DNA of 64,000 bases from Eledone cirrhosa (lineage: Eukaryota): assembly GCA_964016885.1 (NCBI GenBank), contig OZ024759.1, positions 4,092,001-4,156,000 on the forward strand, given 5' to 3'. Made by a program: the position numbers and the translations under genes. Shown here one piece after another: positions 61,691 through 64,000 of this stretch (the stretch's first letter is position 1; every line of letters starts with the position of its first letter). Under the pieces are notes generated by a model. It worked only from the letters and a program-made list of their open reading frames with translations. It had not been told where the DNA came from and did no database searches.

Positions 61691-62482
61691 TATATATATA
61701 TCATCATCATCATCATCATCATCATTTTACGTCCGCTTTTCTCTGCTTGCAAGCCATGTGCCTCTTCCTATATATACATATATACTATATACATATACAC
61801 ACATATACATATATATATATGTATATATATATATGTATATATATATACGTAATTAATACATGCATACATTTATTTTTTTTAAATTAATTGAGTTCTTAAC
61901 ACGCAGGATTAAAATTGTTTTTAAAAAAACTAATTAACCCACGTGGATATTATTTTACTTTCTTGTGTTTCGCGATTGCCTCCCTTTTCCGCTTCGTGAC
62001 GCTGTGAAATTCCTCAGTCTAGGACTGCTGGAATTTCAAATTTGGCGGTCATTATGATGCGTGAAGGGACGACTTAGCTGACACGAAAAATAACTGCAGT
62101 AAGAAATGTTTTCTTATATCAATGTTTGAAGGGCATCCACTGATGATTTATAAGTGCCCACCTGCATATGTTCTTACAGAAAAATATGTAGGCTTCTACA
62201 TAAACCGGAAACATTCTCCCAACTTGTAGAAAACTTATAATGAAACAATTGTTTGGAAAGAGAGATATATTTTAATTTTAATTATATCTCATATAAAATA
62301 ATACAACTGGTTTTCCACAAAATACATATAGTTAGCACCCCAAACACAAAATTGGGATTATACTAAGGTATATCCTAATGTTTGTTGAGTGAGATGGTAG
62401 TCAGTCAGAGTTTAGCTTAAAGCTTTCTCTGTTATTGTATTAAATATATGTATATATATATATATATATGTATCTATATATA

Positions 62483-64000
62483 TCACCTTGACCGACCAGT
62501 CTGTCGGGCGTCCATTCGACGCCGCTGGTCACAGCACGCCGTCCATTCCTCTCCGTATTGTGCTTTCCTCATCCATGTAGTCCCAATCATATTCCTAAAA
62601 TTATCTGCCACCTTCATGGAGGCCTTCCGAGTGGTCGCTTCCACTCGCACGGGTACCACTCCGCAACTGCGCAGGTCCAGTGATTATCGGTGAACCGGGC
62701 GGCGTGTCCAGCCCATCTGAACTTGCTGCGTATATATTGCGCGATGACGTCCCTCACACCGGACTTCTGTCTAATGACTTCGCTCCTGATGTGCTCTCTC
62801 AACAAGATTCCTAGCATTGATCTCTCCATGGCTCTTTGAGCCGTTACCAGCCTCTGCTCTTCTCTCTTCGTTGTAGCCCAAGATTCACTGCCATATAACA
62901 TTGCAGGTAAAACTGTGCTATTGAAGGGGTTGGCGTGGGTGGTCTTGTCCAACCTCCCCTTGAGCACATCCCTTATGCCGCTGAACGCCTTCCATCCCTT
63001 ACTCTCTGCGAGATCAGCCTCTCAATGTATTGGCGCATGTTCACTTCTTGTCCTAGGTAGACGTATTCCTCCACCTCCTCTATTTCATCACCACCAACCA
63101 CCATTCGACCTGTTGGTACGTTGTCGGACCGCATGAAGTTCGTTTTCATGCTGTTCATCTTGAGGCCTACTGCAGAGCTTTTGATGTCGAGCTCCGTCAG
63201 CATGGTCTGAAGCCGATCCGTGGTTTCAGCGATGAGTACGATGTCATCAGCGAAACGGAGGTGGGTAAGTATCTCCCCATTGATGGTGACACCGCCTTGC
63301 CAGTCAATGCCTCTGATGATCTGCTCGAGACACGCGGTGAAAACTTTTGGAGAGATCGTATCTCCTTGCTTCACTCCCTTCTCGACCGGCACTCGTACGG
63401 GTGATGACAGCAGAGCTGTGTCGGTGGTGCATCCGGAATTCGCCTCCTTGAGCAGTTGAACGTATTCTGCCTCGACTCCTTGCCTCTGCAGCGAGTTCAG
63501 CACTGCGTTGATTTCGACGCTGTCGAAGGCCTTCTTGTAGTCTACGAACGCGACGCAAAGAGGCATCTTGTACTCTTTTGCTTGCTCAAGCAGTTGTGTC
63601 AGAGTAAATATGTGGTCCATCGTGCTGTAGTTCTTCCGGAAGCCGGCTTGCTCTTTCGGTTGCGGTTCGTCCAGATGATGTGATAACCTGTTCAGGATTA
63701 TCTTCGTGAACAGCTTGTACACGTGAGACAGCAGGAATATGGGTCAGTAGTTCTTCAGATCTTGTCTATCGCCCTTCTTTTATAGCAGGATGGTATTCGA
63801 CTCTTTCCACTGCGAGGGTATTCTTCCCTCGTCCAGATCGTGTGTGAATCGCTCGGCGAGGATTTTCCAGAGCTGTTCTCCGCCTGACTTCAACACCTCC
63901 GATGTTATTCCGTCTTTCCCTGGCGCCTTTCCGCTTTTCATTACACCGACGGCTCTTTCCACCTCACCGACAAGGATGGGTGGCACATTTTCTTCCTGTT
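62483..64000 (-). mobile_element. GC-rich RTE-clade LINE (second family), running off the right edge
   Basis: KAPGKDG, EQAGFRK..STMDHI, FVDYKKAFDSV, KQGDTISP, LRFADD, EYVYLG, VLPAMLYGSESW, FRWAGHAAR, RPLGRPP. Confidence 0.92.

Overview
This is eukaryotic, AT-rich, repeat-dense genomic DNA, most likely from an octopus or related cephalopod. That assignment is inferred from the [12 protein letters not shown]-type C2H2 fingers, the tRNA-derived SINE families and the RTE LINEs with (GAT)n tails. It is not prokaryotic and contains no CRISPR array. The one clear host gene is on the minus strand: six phase-1 exons between 1866 and 21338 encoding EGF-like repeats plus an F-type-lectin-like domain (MEGF/PTPR-like receptor ectodomain), with one apparently broken splice donor. 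A decayed C2H2 zinc-finger gene lies at ~40.3-41.0 kb. The rest is mostly nested mobile DNA: a near full-length Tx1/L1 LINE, several RTE LINEs (one family carries a PHD finger inside the RT region), an internally deleted Gypsy LTR element, a near full-length Helitron fused head-to-tail to its own non-autonomous derivative, piggyBac-, hAT- and Tc1-type MITEs, two SINE families and several minisatellites. The most notable observations are: (i) three type-I hammerhead-ribozyme motifs with covarying stem II, a palindromic stem III and a shared stem-II mismatch, plus one degenerate candidate; (ii) satellites visibly arising from a TTAA MITE and from an RTE ORF; (iii) the Helitron concatemer; (iv) a spacer-less ~390-bp palindrome. 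All coordinates and alignments were read by eye; no database search or folding program was run.
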